Shown here in pieces: positions 19,181-29,203 of a stretch of 64,000 nt of DNA (position 1 is its first letter; each line of letters starts with the position of its first letter). Source of the DNA: Salinispira sp. GTDB taxonomy: Bacteria > Spirochaetota > Spirochaetia > DSM-27196 > Salinispiraceae. The notes beneath the pieces were generated by a model. The model had not been told where the DNA came from and searched no databases. It saw nothing but the letters and a program-made list of their open reading frames with translations. Position numbers and translations under genes: made by a program. The stretch is from positions 928,001 through 992,000 of the forward strand of contig OZ271918.1 in the NCBI GenBank assembly GCA_965602015.1, given 5' to 3'.

Positions 19181-20107
19181 GTGAAACGAGCACTTTCCTT
19201 CATTCTCATCCTAGTTCTGCCTCTGGCCATATTTGCCGGAGGTACAAGTGAACCGGCTGCCGGCGCTGAGCCGGCTGTTGTCGAAGCTCCGTATCAGGTC
19301 GATATTGTCGATTCCTATGACAGGGCAATCAGTTTAACCGAGGTCCCGCTCAGGGTCATTTCCGTCGCTCCGAGCATCACGGAGTTCGTGTATGCCCTCG
19401 GCGCAGGGGACCGCCTGATCGGTCGCACGGATTTCTGCAATTATCCGGAAGCTGTCAGCTCGGTGGAGAGCATCGGGTCGCTGCGCGAGCCTAATCTCGA
19501 GCGAATCGTGGAACTCAACCCCGACGTGGTTCTGGTATCGACCCACTTCACTCGTGACAATCTGAATACCCTCGAAGACCTGGGAATTACCGTCGTGTCG
19601 CTGTACAACGAAGCGAGTTTCGACGGTGTGTACGGATTAGCCCAAACCCTGGGCGAGATTCTCGACACCGAAGAGACCGCAGCAGTCCTGGTCACCGAAA
19701 TGCAGGATACTGTGGCTCGGGTAACCGAACGCATCGCAACGGTCGATGAGCGCCCGAAAGTGTACTACGTGGTCGGCTTTGGGCAATACGGCGATTTCAC
19801 CGCCGGCGGAGATACCTTTATCGGCGAAATGATTGAAATGGCCGGTGGAAACAATATTGCATCAGAGCTGGAAGGCTGGTCATATAGTTTCGAGAAGATC
19901 GTGGAAAATGATCCTGAAATCATTATTTGTTCGGAATTTTATGATACGCCTGCTTCGCTGCAAACCGCCGAAGGCTACCGTGAACTGAACGCCATTAGAA
20001 ACGGCAATCTCCGTCCTCTGAACAATAACCTCATTGACCGGCAGGGTCCACGGCTGGCTGACGGTCTGCTGGCTTTGGCTAGCGCTATCCACCCAGATCT
20101 GTTTTAG
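19181..20107 (+). CDS. btuF: Cobalamin ABC transporter substrate-binding protein
   Basis: Signal peptide; RVISVAPSITEFVYALG, GRTDFCNYP, PNLERIVELNPD, RQGPR; first gene after the riboswitch. Confidence 0.9.
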   Translation: MKRALSFILILVLPLAIFAGGTSEPAAGAEPAVVEAPYQVDIVDSYDRAISLTEVPLRVISVAPSITEFVYALGAGDRLIGRTDFCNYPEAVSSVESIGSLREPNLERIVELNPDVVLVSTHFTRDNLNTLEDLGITVVSLYNEASFDGVYGLAQTLGEILDTEETAAVLVTEMQDTVARVTERIATVDERPKVYYVVGFGQYGDFTAGGDTFIGEMIEMAGGNNIASELEGWSYSFEKIVENDPEIIICSEFYDTPASLQTAEGYRELNAIRNGNLRPLNNNLIDRQGPRLADGLLALASAIHPDLF

Positions 20108-20115
20108 GGTAGCGG

Positions 20116-21132
20116 GTGCGAAAGACTTCATCTCTGTTTGTAGTACTCTCGGCGGCGATTCCCATCGCCGCCCTGATATCTGTGACTGTGGGGACAGCTG
20201 ACATTTCCGTAGCGGACACCCTTCGGGTCCTCGCCGCTTCAACGGGTTTGGGAAGTTTTGAAGGCATTGCCGATAGTTCCCGAATTATTATTGTAAATCT
20301 CCGGCTTCCGCGCATTATTCTGGCCCTGAGTTCAGGTGCCAGTTTGGCGGCGGCCGGTGCGGTGTTACAAGGAGTCTTTCTCAATCCCATGGCTGATCCA
20401 TATGTCATGGGTATTTCTTCTGGAGCTGCGTTCGCAGTGGCCATCGGAATCATTCTGGGAACATCCAGTCAGTTGGCGCTCCAGGCATTCGCCCTCATAG
20501 GATCGGCAGGGGCAATGGTATTGGTCCTCGTGGTCGCCGGTTTGGCGAGCAGAAGGGGGGAGTCTACCGGTATGCTCCTGGCGGGAATCGCCATTTCAGT
20601 AATGCTGTCATCCGGAGTGTCCCTCATCATGTATATGAATCATGAACAGGCTGAAAGAATTATCTTCTGGACTTTCGGAAGCCTCAGCTCGTCCGGCTGG
20701 GGAAAACTGTCATCAGCCCTGGGCTTTCAGATTGCCGGTCTGGCTCTCATTCTTCTGCAGTGGCGGGACGTGAACATGTTATCCCAAGGAGACGAAAGCG
20801 CCCGCTCCCTCGGGCTGGTGCCCGGACGGGCACGGGTGCGTCTGCTGCTGTCGGCGTCCTTCGTAACCGCAATTACTGTTTCGGTTACGGGTATCATCGG
20901 ATTTGCTGGTCTTATGGTGCCTCATGTTTTCCGGATGCTCAGCGGTCCCGACCATCGCAGCCTTCTACCGCTATCAGTTTTGGGCGGCGCTCTCTTTCTG
21001 ATGCTCGCAGATATGTTTGGCCGGGTACTGCTCTCGCCGGCGGAACTTCCCGTCGGTGTAATCACCTCCATGCTCGGTGCACCATATCTGCTGTATATTC
21101 TGATAAGCCGACGACGGGGGGATGTTCGATGA
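20116..21132 (+). CDS. btuC: Cobalamin/FecCD-family ABC permease
   Basis: LRLPRIILA, LQGVFLNPMADPYVMGISSGA, GIIGFAGLMVPH, ELPVGVIT. Confidence 0.92.
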   Translation: MRKTSSLFVVLSAAIPIAALISVTVGTADISVADTLRVLAASTGLGSFEGIADSSRIIIVNLRLPRIILALSSGASLAAAGAVLQGVFLNPMADPYVMGISSGAAFAVAIGIILGTSSQLALQAFALIGSAGAMVLVLVVAGLASRRGESTGMLLAGIAISVMLSSGVSLIMYMNHEQAERIIFWTFGSLSSSGWGKLSSALGFQIAGLALILLQWRDVNMLSQGDESARSLGLVPGRARVRLLLSASFVTAITVSVTGIIGFAGLMVPHVFRMLSGPDHRSLLPLSVLGGALFLMLADMFGRVLLSPAELPVGVITSMLGAPYLLYILISRRRGDVR

Positions 21133-21938
21133 ATTCCCTGAGCCTTCGCGGATTACAGTATGCCTATGCCTCCGACGCTGTCGCGGCTTTCTGCCTGGAA
21201 GACATCTCATTAAATATCACCGGCGGCATGCGGGTGGGAATTATCGGTCCCAATGGATCGGGCAAAAGCACGATCATTCGCCTTCTGCTAAAAATCATCA
21301 GTCCGCCGGAAGATATGGTGTTTTATGATGAGCAGGACATCACCGCGATACCGCAAAAGACCCTGGCCCGAATGGTCTCATATGTGCCTCAAATGGCAAA
21401 TGGTCATTACGCCTATGCCGCTGAGGATGTCATTGCCATGGGCCGTTATCCCCACGGTCGGCAGCTGTTTTACCGGCCGGGGGAGGCAGACCGGGAAATC
21501 GTCGAGGATATTATCGAGCGGCTGGACCTCGCGCATCTGAGACATCGTGCGGTCACCACCTTGAGCGGAGGAGAGTATCAGCGAGTCCTGCTGGGCCGGG
21601 CCTTTGCCCAACAGACTCCGCTGATTCTGTTGGACGAACCCACCAATCATCTTGATATGCGCCACCAATTAACTCTCCTGCACATGATTACCGAAGAACA
21701 GCGCCGGCGAAGGCTGACAGTTATATCTGTATTTCATGACATCAATCTGGCCTTGGGATTTGCCCACCGTCTCCTCCTCCTGGACCGGGGCCGAATGGCT
21801 GCCTGGGCCACCCCGTCGGAACTGGCCGCATCACCCTTACTTGAAGAGGTGTACCGCCTTTCATTCCGCAGGCTGAATAATCCCTTCAACGACGCCCCCC
21901 ACCTGGTTGCGGGGTCGGTCCACGCGGGAGAATTCTGA
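21129..21938 (+). CDS. btuD: Cobalamin ABC transporter ATP-binding protein
   Basis: GPNGSGKST, LSGGEYQR, LLDEPT, H-loop. ATG overlaps the btuC stop (ATGA). Confidence 0.92.
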   Translation: MNSLSLRGLQYAYASDAVAAFCLEDISLNITGGMRVGIIGPNGSGKSTIIRLLLKIISPPEDMVFYDEQDITAIPQKTLARMVSYVPQMANGHYAYAAEDVIAMGRYPHGRQLFYRPGEADREIVEDIIERLDLAHLRHRAVTTLSGGEYQRVLLGRAFAQQTPLILLDEPTNHLDMRHQLTLLHMITEEQRRRRLTVISVFHDINLALGFAHRLLLLDRGRMAAWATPSELAASPLLEEVYRLSFRRLNNPFNDAPHLVAGSVHAGEF

Positions 21939-21939
21939 A

Positions 21940-24795
21940 ATGCACGGCGGAAACCCCGATAAAATTGCATCGGAACTCGGCGTCGATCCACTATCACTTA
22001 GTGACCTCAGCGCATGCATTAATCCCCTCGGCTTTCCTTCCTGGACCCGGCAGCTTATCAGCCGTCATATTTCCCGGCTCAGCTGCTATCCCGACCCGGA
22101 ATACCCCGATCTGAAGCGCGCTGCCGCCCATTCTTGGTCCGTCGAGCCATTCCAGATCTGCGCTGGAAACGGCAGCTCCGAGCTCCTGCTCGCCGTGCTG
22201 CGAGCGAGATTCTCCCGCTACAGCGAGGGCGAGCTCATTGTCCCGGCTCCCGCCTATATTGATTACGAACGCAACGCCGACGCCCTGGAGATAGCCGTCC
22301 GGTGGGTGAATCTTCCGGAACCCGCGGACTTTTCTCCCCGCGATCCCGGTTTTTTATCTGAACTGTCCTCCCATATCCTCAACTCGCCGACGGGCAGCGC
22401 CGTCCTTATTACCAATCCGGTGAATCCCGCCGGAGTCTGTTACCGCAGGCAGGACATTATGTCGCTAACGAGCCTTCGCTCCGATGTCCAGATTATCGTG
22501 GACGAGGCGTATAGTGACTTTGTGCTCGAAGGCGAGGATAGCCGATGCCCGGGGTTTCCCGATCCCGAAACGACCCCAAACTTGGTTCGGATAAAAAGCA
22601 TGACAAAGATATATGCAGTTCCGGGACTGCGTTTGGGGTTTTGCATCGGCGCCGCCGATGGTATTCAAAAAATAGACCGTCAGCTGCCGAGCTGGAACGT
22701 CGGCTCCCTTGCCGCGGCCTGCGGCGTACGGCTACTTGCCGACACTGCACATCGGGAACAGACCCTGGATTTCATTGCGCGAGAGCGAAAAGGGCTTTGT
22801 ACAGCCCTTAACTCGATTTCCCGTATCCGCCTCATCCCTTCGGAAGCGAATTTCCTCCTTTTTTATGTCGAAGATGACAGACTGGAAGCCTCCCGGCCCG
22901 GGGATCTGTTCTATACCTACATGATTAATCGGGGCCTGCTGCTTCGCCGCTGCGACGATTACCGGAACCTCGGTCCCCAATGGTTCCGCCTTGGTATTTC
23001 TACACATGAGGTAAACCGTCGGTTCATACAAGCCCTCCATGAGTGGGCCGGGACGTTGCCCCAGGCAACAGCTCGGGGATCGGCCTCCGATCCGGCCTCC
23101 GATCCGGCCTCCGATCCGGCTTCCGATCCGGCTTCCGATCCGGCTTCCGATCCGGCCTCCGATCCGGCCTCCGGGACCGCTGAACCGACTAATACACGCC
23201 GGCGCGTCCCGGCAATTATGTTCCAAGGAACCGGCTCTAATGCCGGAAAGAGCTTAATGACCGCCGCCTTTCTTCGCTGCCTAAAACGTCGGGGTATACG
23301 CTGCGCACCGTTCAAGGCACAGAATATGTCCCTCAATTCAATGGTCACCCTTGACGGCGGTGAGATCGGCCGGGCGCAGGCCTTGCAAGCCCGGGCAGCA
23401 GGTATTGAACCACATGTCGAGATGAATCCGGTGCTTTTGAAACCGAACTCAGAGACCGGTTCCCAGGTAGTGGTTTTGGGTAAACCCTGGCGAAATTTTG
23501 AGGCGTCGGATTATTACGAGCAAAAAAATCGCCTTCGGCAGACCGTTTTCCAGGCCTATGACCGATTGGCAGAGAAGTATGAGTTCATCGTGCTTGAAGG
23601 TGCCGGGTCTCCGGGAGAGGTGAATCTCAAAAAGGCAGATATCGTGAACATGGCCATGGCCCGCCATGCGCGCAGCCCGGTGGTCCTCGTTGGCGACATA
23701 GACCGAGGCGGAGTCTACGCATCCTTTATCGGCCATATGGAGGTAATGGAAGAATGGGAACGGGAACTTACCGCTGGATTCCTGGTAAACCGCTTCCGGG
23801 GCGACGAAAGGCTGTTGACAGATGCCCATAAGTACCTGTACGAAAGCACCGGGCTTCCGGTACTGGGTACCATGCCTTATGTGGCAGACCATCGACTACC
23901 CGAGGAAGATGGGGTGGATTTCGACCTGCGGTACCGGCGGGAAGGCGGAGCCTCTGCTCCTGCTTCAGAGCAAAGGGACGGTGGACGGGATACTACGATG
24001 AGGATTGCAGTAATAGCACTGCGGCATATATCAAATTCCACCGATATTGACCCGCTGCTTGATGTGGAAAACCTGGATCTACGATTGGTCACTTCCGGAC
24101 AAGAGCTAAGTGATTTTGACCCAAACCTTATTATCATTCCCGGTTCAAAGAACGTAATCGCCGATTTCCGTATTCTTGAGGCATCCGGCTTGGCCCAAGC
24201 GATCAAGCGACTGGTTGAGTCCCACAGCGCCGCTGTTCTGGGAATTTGCGGGGGCTTTCAGATGCTGGGTGATCGAATCTCTGATCCGGGAGGTGTTGAA
24301 ATGGATCCGGGAGAGAGCTGTTCTGCCCTGGGTATACTGCCCCTTCGCACGGTTCTCCAGGAAGATAAGACCACGCTGTTGCGAAAAACCCGCCTGGCTG
24401 CAGGCGGCGAGGCCATTGAGGGCTATGAGATCCACCATGGAAAAAGCGAATACCCCTATTCATTAGAGCTTTTTGATGACCCGGGGCTGGGGGCAAGGCA
24501 AAAATGCGTCTGGGGCACCTACCTGCACGGAATTCTTGAGAACCGGGGCTTCCTTAATGAACTGATCAGCTCGGCACGAGGTCTCAGGCCGAATGATTTC
24601 GCCGGTAATGAATCCCATAGCAGTTTCGGCCCCGGGGAGCCGGGAGATCGTCCTTTAGAGCCGGGCAACCGCGAGAACTCCCAGAGCTCGGCCGGACTCG
24701 AAGCAGCCCTGGAGCGATTTTCCCTGATTTTCGAAGAGCACGTCGACGTGGATGCCCTGCTGGCCATCAGCGGGTACCGGGGAAAACCGTCATGA
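21940..24795 (+). CDS. cobQ: Fused L-threonine-O-3-phosphate decarboxylase (CobD) / cobyric acid synthase (CobQ/CbiP)
   Basis: N-terminal MHGGN, GNGSSE, NPVNPAG, VDEAY, SMTKIYAVPGLRLG (PLP enzyme). C-terminal QGTGSNAGKS, PFKAQNM, EGAGSP, DIDRGG, GICGGFQML, GYEIH, GTYLHG. Confidence 0.93.
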   Translation: MHGGNPDKIASELGVDPLSLSDLSACINPLGFPSWTRQLISRHISRLSCYPDPEYPDLKRAAAHSWSVEPFQICAGNGSSELLLAVLRARFSRYSEGELIVPAPAYIDYERNADALEIAVRWVNLPEPADFSPRDPGFLSELSSHILNSPTGSAVLITNPVNPAGVCYRRQDIMSLTSLRSDVQIIVDEAYSDFVLEGEDSRCPGFPDPETTPNLVRIKSMTKIYAVPGLRLGFCIGAADGIQKIDRQLPSWNVGSLAAACGVRLLADTAHREQTLDFIARERKGLCTALNSISRIRLIPSEANFLLFYVEDDRLEASRPGDLFYTYMINRGLLLRRCDDYRNLGPQWFRLGISTHEVNRRFIQALHEWAGTLPQATARGSASDPASDPASDPASDPASDPASDPASDPASGTAEPTNTRRRVPAIMFQGTGSNAGKSLMTAAFLRCLKRRGIRCAPFKAQNMSLNSMVTLDGGEIGRAQALQARAAGIEPHVEMNPVLLKPNSETGSQVVVLGKPWRNFEASDYYEQKNRLRQTVFQAYDRLAEKYEFIVLEGAGSPGEVNLKKADIVNMAMARHARSPVVLVGDIDRGGVYASFIGHMEVMEEWERELTAGFLVNRFRGDERLLTDAHKYLYESTGLPVLGTMPYVADHRLPEEDGVDFDLRYRREGGASAPASEQRDGGRDTTMRIAVIALRHISNSTDIDPLLDVENLDLRLVTSGQELSDFDPNLIIIPGSKNVIADFRILEASGLAQAIKRLVESHSAAVLGICGGFQMLGDRISDPGGVEMDPGESCSALGILPLRTVLQEDKTTLLRKTRLAAGGEAIEGYEIHHGKSEYPYSLELFDDPGLGARQKCVWGTYLHGILENRGFLNELISSARGLRPNDFAGNESHSSFGPGEPGDRPLEPGNRENSQSSAGLEAALERFSLIFEEHVDVDALLAISGYRGKPS
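23083..23172 (+). repeat. 12-bp coding tandem repeat (GCYTCCGATCCG) x7.5 encoding (ASDP)7-AS
   Basis: Directly visible; lies in the CobD-CobQ linker. Confidence 0.97.
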
Positions 24796-25868
24796 GCGAG
24801 GCAATCATTGCCGCAATTTTGTGCCTATACGGCGCGGTTTTAGCCGATGCAATCATCGCTGATCCTCCATGGTGGCCGCATCCCGTGAGAGCAATCGGCT
24901 TTCTGGCTAACGCACTGGAGTCTATTCTGACAAGGCTCTTGGGGCGAACAGTACGGGCGGGTTTGATTGCCCTGGTCGCAGCGCTTATCCTGATTGCCAT
25001 CATCTCAGCTCTTGCCGTTCCCGTTTTTGCACTTCTCCTCAGAATCAGCATAGCGGATTCCTTCACCACCGATGTGCTGACAGTGTCTTTCGCCTCACTC
25101 CTGCTTTCATTCTCCTTTGCCAGTCATGAATTAAACGCAGCTGGGCGAGGGGTCCAACGGGCGCTTGTTTCAGGCGACCTCCCTGAGGCCCGAAGGCGAC
25201 TGTCATTGATCGTCAGCCGTCAAACCGCAGAGCTGGAAAAAGATGAGATTATTCGCGGTACCCTGGAAAGTCTGTCGGAGAACTGGCTCGACAGTGTTGG
25301 TGCGCCCATCATGTGGGCCCTGCTCGGCGCAGGATTCGCATTCATCGGTACCGGGGTAAATCAGGCCGGCGGTCTCATCGCGGTATTGTCCGGACTGCTC
25401 TCCGGCGCGTGGACCTACCGCTGCGTGAATACTCTGGATGCTATGTGGGGTTACCGGAGCACTCTCTATGAGAAATTCGGCAAGGCAGCGGCCCGGGCGG
25501 ATGATGTTATGAATTACCTGCCCGCCCGCCTTTCTGCCCTTATTCTTGTTATCACCGCTCTGGCGGTGCCCCGGACATCGGTGGTACACGCTGCGGCAAT
25601 GTGCGGCCGGGATGGACGAAAAAGCCGAAGTCCCAACTCAGGTTGGGTGGAGGCAGCTTGTGCCGGGGCAATCGGCGTCGCATTGGGCGGCCCGGCACGT
25701 TATGGCGGAGTGCTGGTGGAAAACCCCCGGATTGGCGAGGGTAATGCAAAGCTCCGTCACATTTCCTCGGCCATCACGCTTAATCAGACGGCCTTAGCTC
25801 TGATCCTGAGTATGACAACCGCAGTTCTTCTGCTTGTAGTTGATTCCGTGGGGTATTATGGGCGCTAA
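24792..25868 (+). CDS. cbiB: Adenosylcobinamide-phosphate synthase
   Basis: DPPWWPHPV, ARRRLSLIVSR, ESLSEN, VNTLDAMWGY, DDVMNYLPAR, SPNSGW. Confidence 0.94.
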   Translation: MSEAIIAAILCLYGAVLADAIIADPPWWPHPVRAIGFLANALESILTRLLGRTVRAGLIALVAALILIAIISALAVPVFALLLRISIADSFTTDVLTVSFASLLLSFSFASHELNAAGRGVQRALVSGDLPEARRRLSLIVSRQTAELEKDEIIRGTLESLSENWLDSVGAPIMWALLGAGFAFIGTGVNQAGGLIAVLSGLLSGAWTYRCVNTLDAMWGYRSTLYEKFGKAAARADDVMNYLPARLSALILVITALAVPRTSVVHAAAMCGRDGRKSRSPNSGWVEAACAGAIGVALGGPARYGGVLVENPRIGEGNAKLRHISSAITLNQTALALILSMTTAVLLLVVDSVGYYGR

Positions 25869-27603
25869 AAGAGTTGAGCCGCGAGGCGACCGACGCAGGC
25901 AGAATGGGGTCATAATCGCCGGAACCCATTCAGGTTGCGGAAAGACCACCGTCACCATGGGCATTATTGCAGCCCTTCGTCGGGCGGGCCTGACCGTTCA
26001 GCCGTATAAATGCGGCCCCGATTTTATTGACCCGGGATTTCACCGTCTGGCAGCGGGCCGGGCTTGCCGCAATCTCGATACCCGTATGCTCGATGATACT
26101 ACTGTGAGGGACCTGTACGCCCGTACATCCCTGGGAAGCGATATAGCAATTGTGGAAGGGGTTATGGGCCTTTTTGACGGTGCGGGGCCGGACGATGAAA
26201 GGGGCGGGGCCGCTCATCTCGCCCGGCTCCTGGGTCTGCCGGTTATTTTGGTAGTGGATGCCCGGGCCATGGTTCGAAGCGCCGCTGCTGTGGTCAGGGG
26301 GTTCGCGGCCTTTGATCCGGAGGTGCGGGTAGCAGCCGTCGTGCTTAATCGCCTTGGATCGGCGCGCCATGGCGAAATGGTCCGGCAGGCGGTGGAAGAT
26401 GCAACAGGGGTGCCGGTGATCCTGACAATGGAGCGCCGTGAGGAGTGGTCCATGGCCGAACGGCACCTCGGTCTTGTGCCTTGGTGGCTGAACGGGGATG
26501 TTGAAGGAGACAAAAACCCGACCCGGATAGATCTGCTTGCACAGTATGTGAGTGATGCCATGGATAGGGACCTGCTTCTGAAAATATCCTCAGAGACTGC
26601 CCCTCTATCTGGTCCGACTGATGGGCCGATCGTCCATCACGCTCGTGGGGGCAGCGTTGGCGGAGAAGCCGCTTCTTTGAAGACCGCGCATGAAGCCCAG
26701 GCGCATGAAACCCGACCCGTCATTGCAATCGCAGGGGATGAGGCTTTTAGCTTTTACTATGAGGAAAACCTCGAGCTGCTTGAGGCGCATGGCGCTCGAC
26801 TGGAATTTTTCAGCCCCATTCATGACCATAGGCTTCCGCCTGGCAGCTGCGCCATATATATCGGAGGAGGCTATCCCGAACTCCATGCCCAGAAACTCTC
26901 GGGTAACAGTTCCATTCGCCGCTCTGTTCTCCAGGCAGCCCAAGGCGGTATGCCGGTCTATGCTGAATGCGGGGGGTACATGTATCTGAGCAGAGCCATT
27001 GTCGATGTACACGGTGTGCGGCATGCAATGGTCGGCCTGTTTAGCGGCACTGCTCGCATGGGCTCAACGCTTCGGGCATTGGGCTATGCGGATGTGCGGA
27101 TCATGGGAGAGTCAGCCGTCGGCGGTGACGGCTTGAACGTACGGGGGCATGTGTTCCATTGGGCGGATATCTCCGACGAGCCTGACGACAGGGGAGACAG
27201 TTTTTTTGGCGATGATGGCAGTCGCCGCACTCAGGACCTAGCTGATGCCGGCATAGAGAGAGCTGCGGAGTTTTCAGTGTCGTATAGGGGTGAGACGAAA
27301 AACCGCGACAACAGCATCGGTCGGCAGGTGTACAATAGCACAGCCAGCTGGCTTCACCTGCATTTCGCATCTAATCCTCAGGCAGCAAGAGCCTTTGTTC
27401 ACCGCGCCCGTGACTATTATGCGACTGTCCGCGGCCGATGTCCCATGTGCGGGGAACCGAACCGTTGCAGCGTGGAGACCGGAATCTGCTGGTGTTTCTC
27501 CCGTAACGTTCCCGACGGTTTGAAAACACAAATTCCTGCCGGACGCTGCATCTGCGAGAATTGCCTGAATCAATATTTGAAGGAACTTAGGAACCTGACA
27601 TGA
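25858..27603 (+). CDS. cbiA: Cobyrinate a,c-diamide synthase with C-terminal Cys-rich CWC extension
   Basis: SGCGKTT, KCGPDFIDP, EGVMGLFDG, ERHLGL, AFSFYY, GGGYPELHA, AECGGYMYL. Confidence 0.93.
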   Translation: MGAKRVEPRGDRRRQNGVIIAGTHSGCGKTTVTMGIIAALRRAGLTVQPYKCGPDFIDPGFHRLAAGRACRNLDTRMLDDTTVRDLYARTSLGSDIAIVEGVMGLFDGAGPDDERGGAAHLARLLGLPVILVVDARAMVRSAAAVVRGFAAFDPEVRVAAVVLNRLGSARHGEMVRQAVEDATGVPVILTMERREEWSMAERHLGLVPWWLNGDVEGDKNPTRIDLLAQYVSDAMDRDLLLKISSETAPLSGPTDGPIVHHARGGSVGGEAASLKTAHEAQAHETRPVIAIAGDEAFSFYYEENLELLEAHGARLEFFSPIHDHRLPPGSCAIYIGGGYPELHAQKLSGNSSIRRSVLQAAQGGMPVYAECGGYMYLSRAIVDVHGVRHAMVGLFSGTARMGSTLRALGYADVRIMGESAVGGDGLNVRGHVFHWADISDEPDDRGDSFFGDDGSRRTQDLADAGIERAAEFSVSYRGETKNRDNSIGRQVYNSTASWLHLHFASNPQAARAFVHRARDYYATVRGRCPMCGEPNRCSVETGICWCFSRNVPDGLKTQIPAGRCICENCLNQYLKELRNLT

Positions 27604-28196
27604 GGGAACTGATTTATATTTCAGGGGGGCAACGCTCAGGCAAAAGCCGGTACGCTCAAAAACTGGCTTGCGCAATGAGTGAGGAACCCATATATCTGGC
27701 AACTGCAAGGGTGTGGGATGATGATTTTCGCCGGCGTATTGAACGCCACCAGGCCGATCGTGGTGAACATTGGCGCAGTATTGAGATTGATCGTAGCATT
27801 TCTGATATACACCGGTATCTTGCACAACCCTCTATGCGAGGGAACAATGAATCGCCAGTTGACTCCCGGCTTCCCAAAACCATAGAGGATGGAGGAGAAG
27901 TGGTTCTTGTGGACTGCATCACCCTTTGGGTCACGAACTTTTTCACCGATGCAGATGGTGATATTGAAAGGGCTTTCCAGGAAATTACGGCCGAATGGGA
28001 GCGCTTCAACAGCCTCAACATCCGAACCATAGCAGTGAGCAACGAAATCGGCATGGGAGTAATCCCGGACAACGAAATTGCGAGGAAATTTGCCGACCTC
28101 CAGGGTTTTGTCAATCAACACATTGCCGGACAGGCGAACCGTCAGATACTCATGCTTTCAGGCTCAGCTGTGACGGTAAAAGGAGAGAGTGGGTGA
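27600..28196 (+). CDS. cobU: Adenosylcobinamide kinase / cobinamide-phosphate guanylyltransferase
   Basis: GGQRSGKS, YLATA, RIERHQADR, VDCITLW, VSNEIGMG, GFVNQ. Confidence 0.95.
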   Translation: MRELIYISGGQRSGKSRYAQKLACAMSEEPIYLATARVWDDDFRRRIERHQADRGEHWRSIEIDRSISDIHRYLAQPSMRGNNESPVDSRLPKTIEDGGEVVLVDCITLWVTNFFTDADGDIERAFQEITAEWERFNSLNIRTIAVSNEIGMGVIPDNEIARKFADLQGFVNQHIAGQANRQILMLSGSAVTVKGESG

Positions 28197-29203
28197 GCAT
28201 AGAAGAGGACATTCGCCGGATTATCGATGAAAAAACCAAACCGCCGGGATCCCTGGGAAAACTGGAGGAGCTGGCCTTTCGCATCGCACGTATTCAAAAC
28301 AGCCTTACCCCCCGGCTGAGTAATCCCAGGATTGTCGTGTTTGCCGCAGATCATGGCGTCGTGGCCGAAGGGGTAAGCCCCTATCCTCAAGAGGTGACCA
28401 GCCAAATGGTGCGAAACTTCCTTGAGGGTGGAGCCGCGGTCAATGCCTTCTGTAATGCCAACGGCATCGATCTCGAAATCGTCGATGCGGGGGTTGCTGC
28501 AGACCTTACCGGCCTACCGAATCTGAAACACGAAAAAATACGACGGGGAACCGAAAACTTTACCCGGGCTCCAGCCATGGGTAAAGAAGAACTCGAAGCG
28601 GCTCTTGCCGGAGGCGCAGCGGCCGTTGAACGGGCGGTGCGGGCAGGCTGTAACTGCATCGGCTTCGGGGAAATGGGGATCGGCAACACGACCTCGGCGG
28701 CGGCTCTGATGAGTGCGTACACAGGCTACGCTCCCGAGCGCTGTGCCGGAAGGGGAACCGGACTGGATGACCGGGGTCTCGAGCGCAAAATTGCGATAAT
28801 TAAGCGCGGGCTTGCCCACCACGGTCAGCATCTTGGCGGGGCAAAGTCAGTCCTTGCCCGTCTAGGAGGGTTTGAAATTGCGATGATTGCCGGCGGCATT
28901 ATAGAGGCCCGACGTAAATCCCTGATAACCCTCATCGACGGATTTATCGCATCTGCCGCATATCTGGCAGCAAGCCGGATTCGGGACGATGTGGCTGACA
29001 CTGCGGTATTCTGCCACCAAAGCGATGAGCGAGGGCACGCCCTCCTGTTGGACTATTTGAATGTTGAGCCGCTGTTGAATTTGGGAATGAGGCTCGGCGA
29101 GGGTTCGGGAGCCGCAGTGGCCTATCCCCTGTTAAAAAGTGCGCTTGCGTTTTTTAACGAAATGGCCAGCTTTGCATCCGCAGAGGTCAGTACCCGTGAT
29201 TAG
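28193..29203 (+). CDS. cobT: Nicotinate-nucleotide--dimethylbenzimidazole phosphoribosyltransferase
   Basis: KTKPPGSLGKLE, FAADHGV, GEMGIGNTT, DGFI, MRLGEGSGA. GTG start overlaps the cobU stop. Confidence 0.95.
   Translation: MSIEEDIRRIIDEKTKPPGSLGKLEELAFRIARIQNSLTPRLSNPRIVVFAADHGVVAEGVSPYPQEVTSQMVRNFLEGGAAVNAFCNANGIDLEIVDAGVAADLTGLPNLKHEKIRRGTENFTRAPAMGKEELEAALAGGAAAVERAVRAGCNCIGFGEMGIGNTTSAAALMSAYTGYAPERCAGRGTGLDDRGLERKIAIIKRGLAHHGQHLGGAKSVLARLGGFEIAMIAGGIIEARRKSLITLIDGFIASAAYLAASRIRDDVADTAVFCHQSDERGHALLLDYLNVEPLLNLGMRLGEGSGAAVAYPLLKSALAFFNEMASFASAEVSTRD

Noticed and set aside
20760..21128. N-terminal extensions in the ORF track for btuD (also cobT, queG, pyrK, MFS)
   Set aside because: The extensions overlap neighbouring genes or lack homology. 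Internal starts fit ATGA/GTGA coupling, an RBS or a -10 box.
22732..23348. Alternative-frame ORFs with (RIGG/S), (GSEA) or (PIRP/L) repeats
   Set aside because: They are shadows of the stop-free 12-bp repeat inside cobD::cobQ.
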